A stretch of DNA of 64,000 bases, taken from assembly GCF_018350175.1 (NCBI RefSeq), contig NC_058368.1:105774001-105838000 (forward strand), given 5' to 3'. Under the pieces are notes generated by a model, which saw only the letters and a program-made list of their open reading frames with translations, did no database searches and was not told the origin of the DNA. Origin of the DNA: Felis catus (Eukaryota). Of the stretch, positions 49,381-61,365 are shown one piece after another; positions within the stretch are counted from its first letter, which is position 1; each line of letters opens with the position of its first letter. A program made the position numbers and the translations under genes.

Positions 49381-52300
49381 GAGAAACTACACTGTCTGTA
49401 AACCGTCATTCAAGTAACATCTTCTTTCATTAAGATACATGTTTGTAAAAGTATGTTTAGAAGTATATGGGAATAGCCCTGTGCTTAACTCATTGAGGCT
49501 TCACTGTGTACAATGTATCTTTCAGGTAACATTCTCTTTCATTAAGATATAATACACAACACACACAAATACCACCCATACATTATTTTAAAAAAAGTTT
49601 CTACGATTAATTAGGCTTAAGTAAATTTTCTGGATTGTATAGGAATGGCTTGTCTTCACATTTTGAACAAAAGTTAAATTTTATAATGGTCTGGTTAACT
49701 AGCTCAATGTAGACAGCCCAGATAAATTTGTCTTTAACAGTTCATACTAATCAAATGAACCAAATCTCTCTCTAGGTTGTGCTATCTAGAAGGCCTAGAA
49801 ATAACTTTTTACTGTGGGTACCTTCTTCTCAAACTATGACTGAAGGATTACCCAGGCCTGCTTGGGTTCAAGTGAAGTTCAATTTTTCTACATTTTTCAC
49901 GTGCATCCTGAGTAAAGGAATGAGGTATTTCTGAACACTGACACCATTTGAAAAGAACACACACCAGCATTTGTTTTGCATGGACTGATTTAGGGTCTGT
50001 ACTGCCGTTTATTTATTCAAGTCCTTGTCCTGTGTGCTAGCTAGGTCCCGACCCCATCGTGTATGTCTGATTTCGCACACCTCTCATGTTGCATGGAACA
50101 GAACAGAGGCTCAATGTCAGTCTGTTACTATTACCTGTTACCAGGACATAGCAAAAGACAGAATTTGAGGAGGAGATTTCTCCTGCTATATTTTCAGTTT
50201 GGGAAATGGATGGAATATTTAAAAGGCTAATTCCTAAAAAATCAAATAACAAATTAGCAGCTATGCAAATTTTAATATAGTTTTTAAAATTATAAATGCA
50301 TCCTGTTCATTTGAAAATCTAAAAGATTCAAAATCAAGTACTAATATTCAATAAAATATCCCTTTAATTCGAGTAGATATAAAAAGACTCTAAAGATTCA
50401 AAGATAATAAGAAACCATAAGAAAATAATACAACAGATACATGTGGCAGTTTCTGATATATTTAAAATTTGTATATATTCTTGGAAAAGGGCTTAATGTC
50501 ACTTTTTAAACTAATTCTCTTGTTCTTATGATAGCTTAAACATTAAGGCCCATATTAACTTTGATTGGATATTAATAAAATGAAAAAAGTACAAGACTTG
50601 GGAGTAAAGGGAGAACACAACTGGCTCTTAACCTGCAAAGACACAGATCGTTATGACTGAACACCAAGCACCCTAGGAATGTGAACCTCTCTGACAGTGT
50701 TTACTTAAGTCCACAAAGACATCATGGCAACAGTTAAAGATGTGGGGGCAAAAAAAAACGTACTGGTCTCTTCATACCTTAATTTTCTTTAAGTATCATC
50801 TTAATTTTGACTTAATTACCAACTTTATTTAAGTATCATCATAAAAACAGATTTATAACCTAACAGATCTTACACTCTAGCTGGGGAACAGTAAAGGCAA
50901 TAAAGACAATAAATAAGCAAGTATATGAGAAAGTGATACGTGCTACAGAATAAACAAAAAGTATTACCCTAGTAAATCTAGTCAGTATTAATCTAGTAGA
51001 TCAGTAGAGTATTTTCTTTTAAAAGGAACCCATATACATTTTGTGGAAATCTACATCTAAACAGTTATTTTGTTTATTATAAGATCATATTTATTATCAG
51101 ATCATATCTCATGTCTTCTGAAGCCAAAGACAAGGCAATTCACTAACTGCATCAACTACAGAATAATATTATGTTTAGAACTTTAGAAATGTCCTTTTCT
51201 GGTTAATATGATCCACATTTTAGAACCAATATTAACCTATTTGCAGTCAACATCTATGCATCTGAAATTTATTTTTAACTCTACAAAAATTTTCAATTAT
51301 CCTATCAAAAAGAGAGCTATTATTTTAAAAAGTATGACACATACATATCATGTTTTATCACATTATTTTTTTCATGCCATGTATCTTCCAAATCAACCTG
51401 GCAATGTATCTGAGAAAACAGTCTAGGAATTTAAAGGGAAAATGAAATCACAGTAAGATGCAGTCTTAAAATAGCCTGAACTGAGGATCAGTATTTAATT
51501 GAGAACCTTGTGACTATGCCATGAGTTTGAAATAAAGCAGAACTTTTTAAACTAGCTTTTCCAGATATTTTAACCATGTGGCAAGTTTCATTTTCCTCTG
51601 GTTGCTGTACTTACCCATTATATTTTTAGGCAAATGAAACTGAAAACTTTATCTTCACTGCATAAACAAAATCAAATAAATAAGCTTTCAGACATTACTA
51701 AATCCCAAAGGATATTTTGGAAATCTGAGATCAGATCACACATTTTAGTAATTGTGTTCAGAAAAACTAGGCCTCTCTGACAAAATACATAGTTAAAAAA
51801 AATAAAAGCCTAAGTACAGATATAGAAGATGAGGAGAGTGAGTGATTTGGGATGTTTTGGTTGAGGTTAAGAGCTTTTTCCCAACCTGGACTATTTTTAT
51901 GAAATGTGGTTTTTGCAAGTATGTTAATCTTAATCCCAGTTATTAATTCCAAAGATAGTCATTGAGCATCTACCACATGTTAGGTACTCTTCCAGATGCC
52001 TAAGAGACATTAATGAATAAAACAGATTTATGACCCAATAGATCTTACACTCTAGCTGGGGGAGAGTAAAAGCAATAAAGACAATAAACAAGCAAGTATA
52101 TCAGAGAGTAAAATGTGCTATAGAAAAAGCAAAAGCTATTACCTTAGTAAATCTAGTCGGTATTAATCTAGTAGATCTACATAGTATTTTCTCTTTAATA
52201 CGAAACTATATAAATTTTATGCTAATCTAATCTAGGAAGGCTATATAGTATGATAAATACTATATAGTATATAGTATGTCTTCTATAGAAAATATTGTTG

Positions 52301-53258
52301 CTTTATCAGAAACTCCATAAAATCAAACTGGTAGTCATATCAAAGATACAGAATTTTACTATCCATACAAAACAAGGGATTAAAAGTGACGTTTCCACAG
52401 TTTCCATATTAGAGCTGACCTGTGATAAGTATAAAGAGACAAAACACTAACAGCTGACATTGCTTTTATATGCAATTCAATGAAAAGTTGCTAATCTACT
52501 AAATTGCCGGTTCATTCCATGGGAACCGCTAGAGCTGTGATTGGAAGAATTTTGAAAGAGACCAGTTTTTAACATTTATAAACTAAAAAGTTTTTAACTT
52601 TTATAAAACTACAAAACTAACCAAAATCTTTAGAAGCCACCGTCAGCAAATTATTTATAGCAAATTATGCAGAGCACCTAAATGGTTATTATTCAGTGAA
52701 TTGAAGGTATATGCAAGCTTCCCAAACTACAAATCTCACCCAAGTTTGGAGATACTGGACTGGTTTTCCACAATATGTCATTTTACAGACATTGGGTACA
52801 TGACATCTGGCCTGTGACGCTGGTTACTAACATCAGTTTGAAAGACTTCAGGAAACTAACTTTGTATATGATTTCATTATAACAAATAAACCCAGCTCCT
52901 CATGTCTCAAATATGAGTAATATTTCTCTGAATAAAAGTCATTTTCCATTTTCCTGTGATCCTTCTGCCACTTGAGAACTCATTACAGAGCTATTTCCAA
53001 ACTCTAAAAATGGGTTTAATATACATATGATATCAGAGAAGTGGCAAAAAAAAAAAAAGGGTAAGAATTGTGGCCGCTGAAAATTAATTAAAATAATTAT
53101 CCAGTACAAACATAATGTTTGGCTACTTGGGTTGGAGTCTACTGTTGTAGCATGCTCGGGGCCCCAATCTAACCCTAACATATAAAATATTCACCAAGAT
53201 GTGGTTGGGAAGATTGCCTGGAGACCAGATTGCAACCACTTGAATTACAAACTCTTAA

Positions 53259-53477
53259 ATTTTTTTTTATGTTTATTTATTTTTGAAAGACAGAGAGATA
53301 GAGAGCACAAGCAGGGGTGGGGCAGAGAGAGGTGGTGGGGGAACACAGAATCCGGAGCAGGCTCCAGGCTCTGAGCTGTCAGCACAGGGCCCGATGCAGG
53401 GCTCGAACTCACAAACCACGAGATCATGACCTGAGCCGAAGTCGGATGCTCAACCTACTGAGCCACCCAGGCGCCCC
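53259..53477 (-). mobile_element. CAN-SINE
   Basis: 19-bp TSD TTGAATTA(C/T)AAACTCTTAA at 53240-53258 and 53478-53496. Confidence 0.96.
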
Positions 53478-53973
53478 TTGAATTATAAACTCTTAACTGC
53501 ATTCACCTACAGAGTTCACACTTTGCCCCTGAAGATTTTATTAATAACAATGTCAGGGCATTCTCTTCTCCCTATTACCTAAAACCAGATTCCAATATCT
53601 TGAAGGAGAATACAAGAAAGACAAAGACTGTTTGTCCAGGGTATTTACGCATGTATCTTTCAGGGGTTGTGGTAAGGAGCGTGTAGTGCTGCCTGGATGA
53701 AGATATAGGAGTGGTTTCTCTGAATATATGAGATATTTTAATCTATTTTTTTATTTTCCCCAATTTTTCCTACTATCTCTTCTCCATTTATGTCAAGAGC
53801 TGAAAAATAATTATCCATTAGGTGGCTAACAAAAAGTCATCTCTAGTCAGGCTTGCTGATGAGGCCCTTCTCGGGAATGGTGGGAGGTTGAATGGCATTA
53901 GGTATTGGCGGCAGATGGATCGTCGGAGTGCAGTGAAAGGAGACCCACACGTGGGAAGTCTGTGCAAACTCAC

Positions 53974-54171
53974 CTTGGCAAGCTCCGGTCCGGATGTTGG
54001 GGATAAAGCCCCGTCGGCAGGGCTGAGGCTGGGCAGGACACATCTCACAGGGGTGGCCCCAGGCCCGTCCAATGGTGGCACAGCACAGAGTCTTAGTGCA
54101 GACAATGCCTGTCAGCTGCCCTTGGCACATCTGGTTGTTGACCTGAGTGAAACAAGGGCCTGTCCTGTAAT
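53974..54171 (-). CDS. FBN2: Fibrillin-2 coding exon (probably exon 6), first hybrid (TB-like) domain
   Basis: The reverse strand reads (D)[65 protein letters not shown]. The TQVNN, QLTG, TIGR and QPQP residues match FBN2 rather than FBN1 as recalled. Acceptor is ttcacattccag|AT and donor is G|gtgagt. Length 198 nt. It overlaps ORF 53843..54130. Confidence 0.97.
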
Positions 54172-54384
54172 CTGGAATGTGAAAGAAGATGGAAAGACAG
54201 GTTTTATGACCATACGCCAGTCTTACACCAGTAGCTCCAAATACATAAAACAGAGGCTATTACTTCTGACTCAAGTGTCTAAAGACAAAAGGCTGGAAAG
54301 TTTCATTTTGAAAAATTCCTAATTTTTCGCTCATGAGGAGTGCATTAGGAGACTTCAATGTATTTTACACTAGACACTGTAAAT

Positions 54385-54570
54385 GGGTAACTCAAGGGCT
54401 GTGTCTGGGCCACAGATGTGTTTTCTTGGCCTGCATAATGCTCTGAAAGAATTTAAATTACTAGCCAACATTTTTAAATTGGGAAATTCACATGAAATTT
54501 CTATTTCTGGCTTTTCTTGAAAAGTTGGAAGATCTGGCCATGCTAGGCCTGCCGTGCTACATGGCAGTGG
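54385..54570. mobile_element. hAT DNA-transposon fossil (MER102-like)
   Basis: ccacagatgtgttttcttggcctgca…gccaacatttttaaattgggaaattcacat…tttcttgaaaagttggaagatctggc resembles the recalled MER102 consensus. Confidence 0.7.
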
Positions 54571-55077
54571 GGGAGTGAAGTGTGTTCTTCTCTAGGACAC
54601 CAAGATCCAGCCATCCCCTATCCTGATACTCTCCACTCACTGACATTCCTCACCTCCACACTGATAGCACCTGCTTTAATGACTCCTCTTTACCTAGCAA
54701 AGATTTTCTTTCCTGACCGGGTGGACACGAGGTCAGAATATTAGAAGAGAACCAATAATGACATATCCTTCCGTATCGCAGATATATTTAAACAGTCTGG
54801 CACGTCTATAAACATTAAGTTCTAACAATCTGATTTCTGTTTTCATGTCAGCCTGTTTACTTCTACGAGTTCAGCTAAGTTCACCTAAAAAGGCTGTACT
54901 AACAAGGCCCATAGTCAGGATTCTTTCTAGATAAGTTAATATTATATACAACCTCTGTTCTCTACAAGATGGCTGCACCATTGTTGATCTGTTATGATAA
55001 TGATAAAAACATTAGCAAATGCATGCCACAGATCATCTACAGACAGACCTCTATGCATAGTAAGGACGATCCATGGG

Positions 55078-55243
55078 GACTGTTGCATCTCAAGGTGTAG
55101 ACCATGGATCAGAAACATATACACTACCTGGGAGGTGACCAGACATGTGGACTCAGGCCTCAGCCTCCATTCACTGAACGAGAATCTACATTTCCACAAA
55201 CACTCAGAAGATTCATACATAACTTCAAGTTTAAGAAAGACTG
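55078..55243. mobile_element. MER5-like hAT MITE
   Basis: ctcaaggtgtagaccatggatcag…tactacctgggag…agaatctacattt…aagtttaagaaagactg. Confidence 0.65.
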
Positions 55244-56693
55244 ATCCAGATTACAGGCAACTTGAAAGCTAGGCATTCTAACTCTATCTTGCTTTCTCCT
55301 ATAACTCACCTCAAGGAACCTTTTAGATGACCAGTATTTACTCTTTTAAGCAGAACTGAATCATTAACCAAACAGTTTTTCATTTGAGAGCTGCTGTTGC
55401 TCTTTCGAGAGACACAGGAAATCAGAGAAAAGTGAGTTTCCTGAAGACTGACTAATGAAACAATTCACATTTGTTATAAAACTACAACAGAAATATGTGA
55501 AAGAGGCTCCCCCCGCCCCTTTCACGGAGACTGTATGAATACAGTTGATTAACTCTTGGGAATGTAAGATGATAGTCAGGATTTCCTGATAAGCCCTCGT
55601 GCAAATGACATAATTCCATGTGAAGGGGAAAGCCAGAACAAGTTTACTTCAGATTTCCAAGAACAAAACAATCTCACATTCAAACGAAGAAGAGTCAATA
55701 ATATTGGTAAGATTTTTATGAAAAATGTACTGGAAAAAAGCAAACTTGGATATGACTTCACACTCAAAATGCTAAGCTAGAAAAACTGTGATATCATCTG
55801 AATGCTATCGTATGACAAACACAACTTAAAACCACATAAACTTTCCATTTTTTTTAACAAAGACTAAGGCTTTCTCCTAGAGAGGAAAAGCATATTTTTA
55901 AAGTTTAATATGAAGAAAAAATCTAAAATAGGTAACTTCTTTACCAAGCTGGATTAACACCCTGTTACTCTGCAGCTGAACTTCAACAAAAATAGCTCAT
56001 TTTAATCCCTTACATAAGAACAACAGATGTGCTGGCTGCAAATGCAGTATACGTGTGGATATGTCAACCTTATAAACAAGCGTGCTTCCCACACCACAAA
56101 TTGCCAGGTTGTAAATTTCTGAAACCTATCTACTGTCCTTCACATAACACATTATTTTGCCATTTGCCATTTTGCTATTTTAAATTAAATACTAGACTCA
56201 GTAAATTAAATCAAGTTCTGAACCAGTGGGGATAAGTCTGTTTTTCACAAAAGATATAGAACTCTTATTTTTCTGTGGATTCTTGCTCACACACCTTACG
56301 TTCACATTCTGTATACTTTTAGGATTCCCAGAGAGAAGCCTGCATACCCTCTCTCATAATCCTATCCTTAAGTAAGCCGTGTTGTCTGGAAATTCATTCC
56401 TTCTTCTAACTTCTAACTTCAACACCTTCTTAAAATGATGTCCTCTCAGTCTGGTCTCTTTGGAGAAGAAGATTGTCTGGACAAGGAGAGCTGTTTATTC
56501 TCTGAACTGACCTTTCCTGTTGAAGGCTCTAATGAAGCCAACCCCCTCCCCTCCTGGAAAAAGAGCCTACCATTACTTATTTCGTTTGTCTACCCTGTAT
56601 TTGCCACCTTACAAACTGTGCAGAACTATTTTCTTATAGGACTACATTTTGCTTTCTGGTTGGCAACTGATTAGTTTAAAAATTTAAATTACT

Positions 56694-56842
56694 GGGACAC
56701 CTGGGTGGCTCAGTCAGTTGAGGGTCCGACTCTTGATATAGGCTCAGGTCATGATCTCACAGTTTGTGAGATCTAGCCCCACATTGGGCTCTGCACTAAA
56801 AATGCAGAGCCTGCTTGGGATTCTGTCTGTCTCTGCCACTCC

Positions 56843-56888
<46 letters not shown>

Positions 56889-56912
56889 ATAAAAAATGAA
56901 CATTAAAAAAGT
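56694..56912 (+). mobile_element. CAN-SINE
   Basis: Head, long (CT)n tract and A-rich tail. Confidence 0.94.
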
Positions 56913-57479
56913 AAAATTTAAAATTACCATGTCATTCAAGAATATACTAGTATTACAAGTTAGTATTCAAGAATTACTAACTTGTAAAATATGAACAAGT
57001 ATCAGCTCTTGAAAGTGGATTTAGATTTCTTGCTCAGATTAAGTAAAACACTCTGTCCCAAACTTGGCTACCATTTTAATTACAGTCAAAGAGCCCTAAA
57101 ACAATTTGGTACTGTAGAAAAGGATCGTGCATTTTTGTCATCAAGTTTTCAGCAGGGGCTAACTATTATTGTATACCACACCACCCATTCATAGTCAAGG
57201 ACATCCTCACAGTGCATTAGCAAAGATTAAAAGGAAAGAACTGCTTAGCACTTTAGGTGTGCTGGGACCAGTGGTTTAGAAGCAGGTATTTTCCTTATTA
57301 CCATATGACCAAGAATATGTTTTTAAAAAGTAGCCTGTGAAACACAAATACTGTTATTTTGATTTGTTGATATCTAAGTGCAAAGTAGCATCTTAACTTG
57401 TTTTCTTACAGTTTCATTTTTATTCCCATTAAGCAACTGGTGCAAAGAGAAACCTCATCAAAAATTGGCTGCTCCCTGC

Positions 57480-58045
57480 CTTTTTTTTTTTTCCAAACAA
57501 CATCATTAAGGTTTCATGCACGGGACATAAATTCATCTATCTTAAATGTACAGTTCAATAACTATTAGTGAATTAATTGAATTGTGCAGCCATCAGTACA
57601 ATCAAATTTTGGAACGCTTGCATTGCCCCAAAAGGTTCCTTATGCCCATTTCCAGCTTCAGTCGACCACTAACCTTTCTGTCACTATAAATTTGGCTTTT
57701 CTGTACAATTCATGTAAGTGGAATCATAGAATATGTGGTCTTTTCTGCCTGGCTTCTTTCACTTAGCATAATGTTCTAGAGGGACATCTGTGAGATAGTA
57801 GGGTCCTAGTGTTTCGATCCTTTTTTACTGCTGAATAGCTTTTTCCACACCGCATCTGCTAACCAATCAGTTGTCTGCTGGGTTGTATGGTGAATTTATA
57901 TTTAACTTCTTAAGAAACTGCCAAACTGTTTTTCCAAAATAGATCCACCATTTTATATTTCTATTAGCAATGAATGAGGGTTCCAATTCCTCCACATCCT
58001 TGCTAATATTTTCTATCTTCTATCTTTTTTATTATAGCCTCTGTT
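57480..58045 (-). mobile_element. Old L1 (L1MB/ME-like) 3' fragment
   Basis: catgtaagtggaatcatagaatatgtggtcttttctgcctggcttctttcacttagcataatgttc and gaaactgccaaactgtttt. Confidence 0.8.
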
Positions 58046-59029
58046 GCCATTCTACTTGAAATAAATACAATTGAATATATTTGGGAATTGTAATAATTCC
58101 ACAAGTCTTTTTAAGATGCTAACCAGTGTTAGATAACCAAATAGAGCATTACTGCTGTACAAACAGACAACCTTTGAAGAGGTCTCCAGAAGGTAAAGAC
58201 AGAAAGAAACAGGTATGGGGAAGGATCTGGGATTGAGGGGATAATATTTTTTGTTGTTGTCATTTAGTTTTTTTGCTTATTTTTTATTTTACATTTTTGT
58301 TTTGTTTTATGGGAGAGACAAACATTTCTGAAAGCTGTTGGGAATGACCGAGTTGAAAGGGAAGGCTCATGATTAGCGAAGAGAATAATAATTTCTAGTA
58401 TAAGATCCCTGAGGAGTCAGCCTGGTGGTGAAACTAGAATGTGCGAAGGGGTTATCCTTAGGAGAAGGAAAGCACTTTTTCTTGCAGTCTGAGAAAGAAG
58501 GGCAGGATGCACAGAGATGTAGGTGTATTTAGAGTCAAGGAAAGTAAAACAATGTCCTTTCCCACACCTTCTATTTTCGTTTTGAAACAGGTGATGGGGC
58601 CAGCTGGGACTCAGTTATTTGGGACTGAGATGGCAGTGCACCCACCAGGACAGGGAGCTGATGTGAGAACCCGGCGGGCTCCCAGGTGACAGCCAAGGTA
58701 CCAGGGTTTCCCTAGGGCAGATGAATAGGATGTCCTGATATAAGGATAAATCTGCCTCTCTGGGGACTTTTGAGGGGCTCACTCAGGAGCGGGGTTTATA
58801 AGGGGTAGGGTTTTGTCTGTCAGATGAAAAAAAAATCAGAATGGCCAAAGAGTTGAAGGTATCGTTACACGTATTTTACAATAATAAACCATGAGATCTG
58901 TGCTGGATGAAACAGGAAATGGGGAAAAGGAGGACTAATAAATTAAGAAGTGGGAGAAAGCAGGAAGATCAATGGACTAGGTGTCTTCATGAGGCTTCAC
59001 ATGAAGGGAAAACAGTGACAGCAAGACAT

Positions 59030-59168
59030 CAGCTGCCTGTGTGACTATAGTATCATTCACTTAACTGCCAGGAGGATGCAGTAAACTACACACTGTATAA
59101 TTTAGGGAAGATACCACACATACTGTAATGCAAATGTCATCCCCTGGAGTTGTGTAATCGATGGCCCC
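59030..59168. mobile_element. MER91-like hAT-Tip100 fossil
   Basis: The end …gcaaatgtcatcccctggagttgtgtaatcgatggcccc resembles the recalled MER91 consensus. Confidence 0.5.
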
Positions 59169-59578
59169 TTTAGAGGCCATCTACTGTAACCACTAGTCCA
59201 ACAATGCCATAAGATGTCCAGAATTCCATCCATTCCCACGTTAGTATACAAAGAACTGCCTGATCCTAGAAAGCACATGAAAATATGTGGGAGTTTCCAT
59301 CAAGATGCACATTATTTCGAGTTAGGCAAGAAGGCATTTCCATTCTCAGGAACCAAAGAAATGCAATGTGTAGTCAAGTGATCACACTGTGTGGAAGCTA
59401 CAGACACGAAGGAATATAACTAAGAAGCGTGAACTGTGCGTAATTAGTCTAACGATCCTGGCTTTGGGATGGTCTCCTTTCAGTAATGGAGTTTCTGACA
59501 AATAACATTTTTTAGTGCATTCTATCATGGTTTTAATTGAGAACCTGGTCACTGCACCAGCTAAAACCTTTGATCATA

Positions 59579-59797
59579 GGGGCGCCTGGGTGGTGCAGTC
59601 GGTTAAGCGTCCGACTTCAGCCAGGTCACGATCTCGCGGTCCGTGAGTTCGAGCCCCGCGTCGGGCTCTGGGCTGATGGCTCAGAGCCTGGAGCCTGTTT
59701 CCGATTCTGTGTCTCCCTCTCTCTCTGTCCCTCCCCCGTTCATGCTCTGTCTCTCTCTGTCCCAAAAATAAATAAACGTTGAAAAAAAAATTTTTTT
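59579..59797 (+). mobile_element. Very young SINEC_Fc (near consensus)
   Basis: Intact CpGs and a perfect 17-bp TSD TAAAACCTTTGATCATA at 59562-59578 and 59798-59814. Confidence 0.98.
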
Positions 59798-60187
59798 TAA
59801 AACCTTTGATCATAGACATCACTGGAGCAGGGAAGGGAACCCCGAAATTTATAAGGGATGATACAACAGTTTCCTTAGTTTCAACAAAGTCTGCCGGATC
59901 TGTTTACAGATCCGGATTTCATGCTCATCAAATATTCAGAGTTAAATACACTCAAGCAACTGAAATGATAATAGTCTTCCTGGATAGAAAAGCATCCATC
60001 TGCCTCAGAAAATTTTAGAATTCAGTACAGAAATGTTTAAGAAAATCAAAGCCACTAAATTAATATTTTTGCTTTATGGAATCCGTGCAAAAATTATGTG
60101 CCTGTAATGTTTAACAGCTTTTGTCCCTGTCCATCAGACTGCCTTGTAACCACAAAGTAATGAAGTGACTTATTTAGAATGATAGGT

Positions 60188-60400
60188 TTTTTAAATTTTT
60201 AAATGTTTATTTATGAAACAGAGAGACACAGAGCGTGGGTTGGGGAGGGACAGAGAGAGAGGGAGACACAAAATCCAAAGCAGGTTCCAGGCTCTGACCT
60301 GTGAGCACAGAGCCTGATGTGGGGCTCAAACTCACAAACTGTGAGATCATGACCTGGGCCGAAGTTGGACGCTTAACCCAATGAGCCATCCAAAGGCCCC
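60188..60400 (-). mobile_element. CAN-SINE
   Basis: Reverse SINE structure with TSD-like aatgatag. Confidence 0.94.
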
Positions 60401-60829
60401 TAAAATGATAGTTTTTTAAACTTAAAATATGCCTACGCTTATACACAGGATTGGACCATTTAAGTGAACTTAAGTGAACTTATAAATTTATATTTATATA
60501 ATATATATTTATATATTAACATATTCATATTACAAATTTATGTCATATATTATAAATTTCTATTTATAAGTTTGAGTATTTACATTTACTTTTTAATTAG
60601 CTTTATAAGAGTTACTTGAGTGTTTACAAGGGTTTTTAAGTTGCACAATTGAAGTGCTTAAAAATTATATGCATTTAATATAAAAAAAGCAATTTAACAG
60701 ATATGGAGGTGTTTCATTAACTACGTATTAAATTGGAACCAAATATTGTTTAAAGGCCTTTTAAAGTGACTACTAAAACCCGCTTGATTTATTAATAGAT
60801 TATAGATACTTATAAGTTGGATTTAGAAG

Positions 60830-61365
60830 TTCAAGGGATATACCCTAAGGAGCTAAAAGCGGGGACGTGAAGAAGTATCTATGCATGCAGGTTCACAGCA
60901 GCATCATTCACAAAAGCCAAGAGGTGGATGCAACCCAAGTGTACATTGACAGATGACTGAACAAACAAAATACATCCAATAGAATACTCTTCAGACCTAA
61001 AAAGGTAGGAAATTCTGACACATTCTACAGGACACATGAACCCTGAGGGCATTATTCTGAGTGAAATAAGCCAGTGACAAAAGGAAAACTATTTTGTGAT
61101 TTCACTTACATGAGGTACCTATAATGATCACATTTATAGGGGCAGAAAATAGAATAGTGGTTGTCAAGGGCTAGGGGGAGAAGGGAGTATGGAGTTGAAT
61201 AGGAATGGAGTTTCAGGTTTGCAAAATGTAAAGAATTCAATGGATGGACAATGATCACCACTGTTGTATAACAATGTGAAGATACTAAGAATGCTGAACT
61301 ACTGTCTTAAAAATGCTTATGATGGTAAATTTCATGTTACCTGTATTTCACCACAATTAAAAAAT
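60830..61365 (+). mobile_element. L1MB-like 3' end
   Basis: cacaaaagccaagaggtggatgcaacccaagtgt…attctgagtgaaataagccag…atggtaaatttcatgtta…caccacaattaaaaaa. Confidence 0.88.

Larger units (their letters stand above)
40530..53973 (-). other. FBN2: FBN2 intron (~13.4 kb) between the hybrid-domain exon and the first cbEGF exon
   Basis: GT..AG boundaries, and the flanking exons join in frame (…ACQ|DVDEC…). Confidence 0.9.

Noticed and set aside
53822..54322. 166-aa plus-strand ORF
   Set aside because: It is the antisense shadow of the GC-rich FBN2 exon, does not start with ATG and has no recognisable domain.
56966..56974. TTCAAGAAT loop resembling the synthetic shRNA loop TTCAAGAGA
   Set aside because: The stem is only 13 bp, there is no Pol III promoter, terminator or vector context, and the loop is duplicated from adjacent genomic sequence.
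16858..60446. Recurring short ORFs such as MAQSVKRPTLAQVMIS… and GAPGWRSRLSVRLQPGHDL…
   Set aside because: They are translations of CAN-SINE copies, not a gene family.
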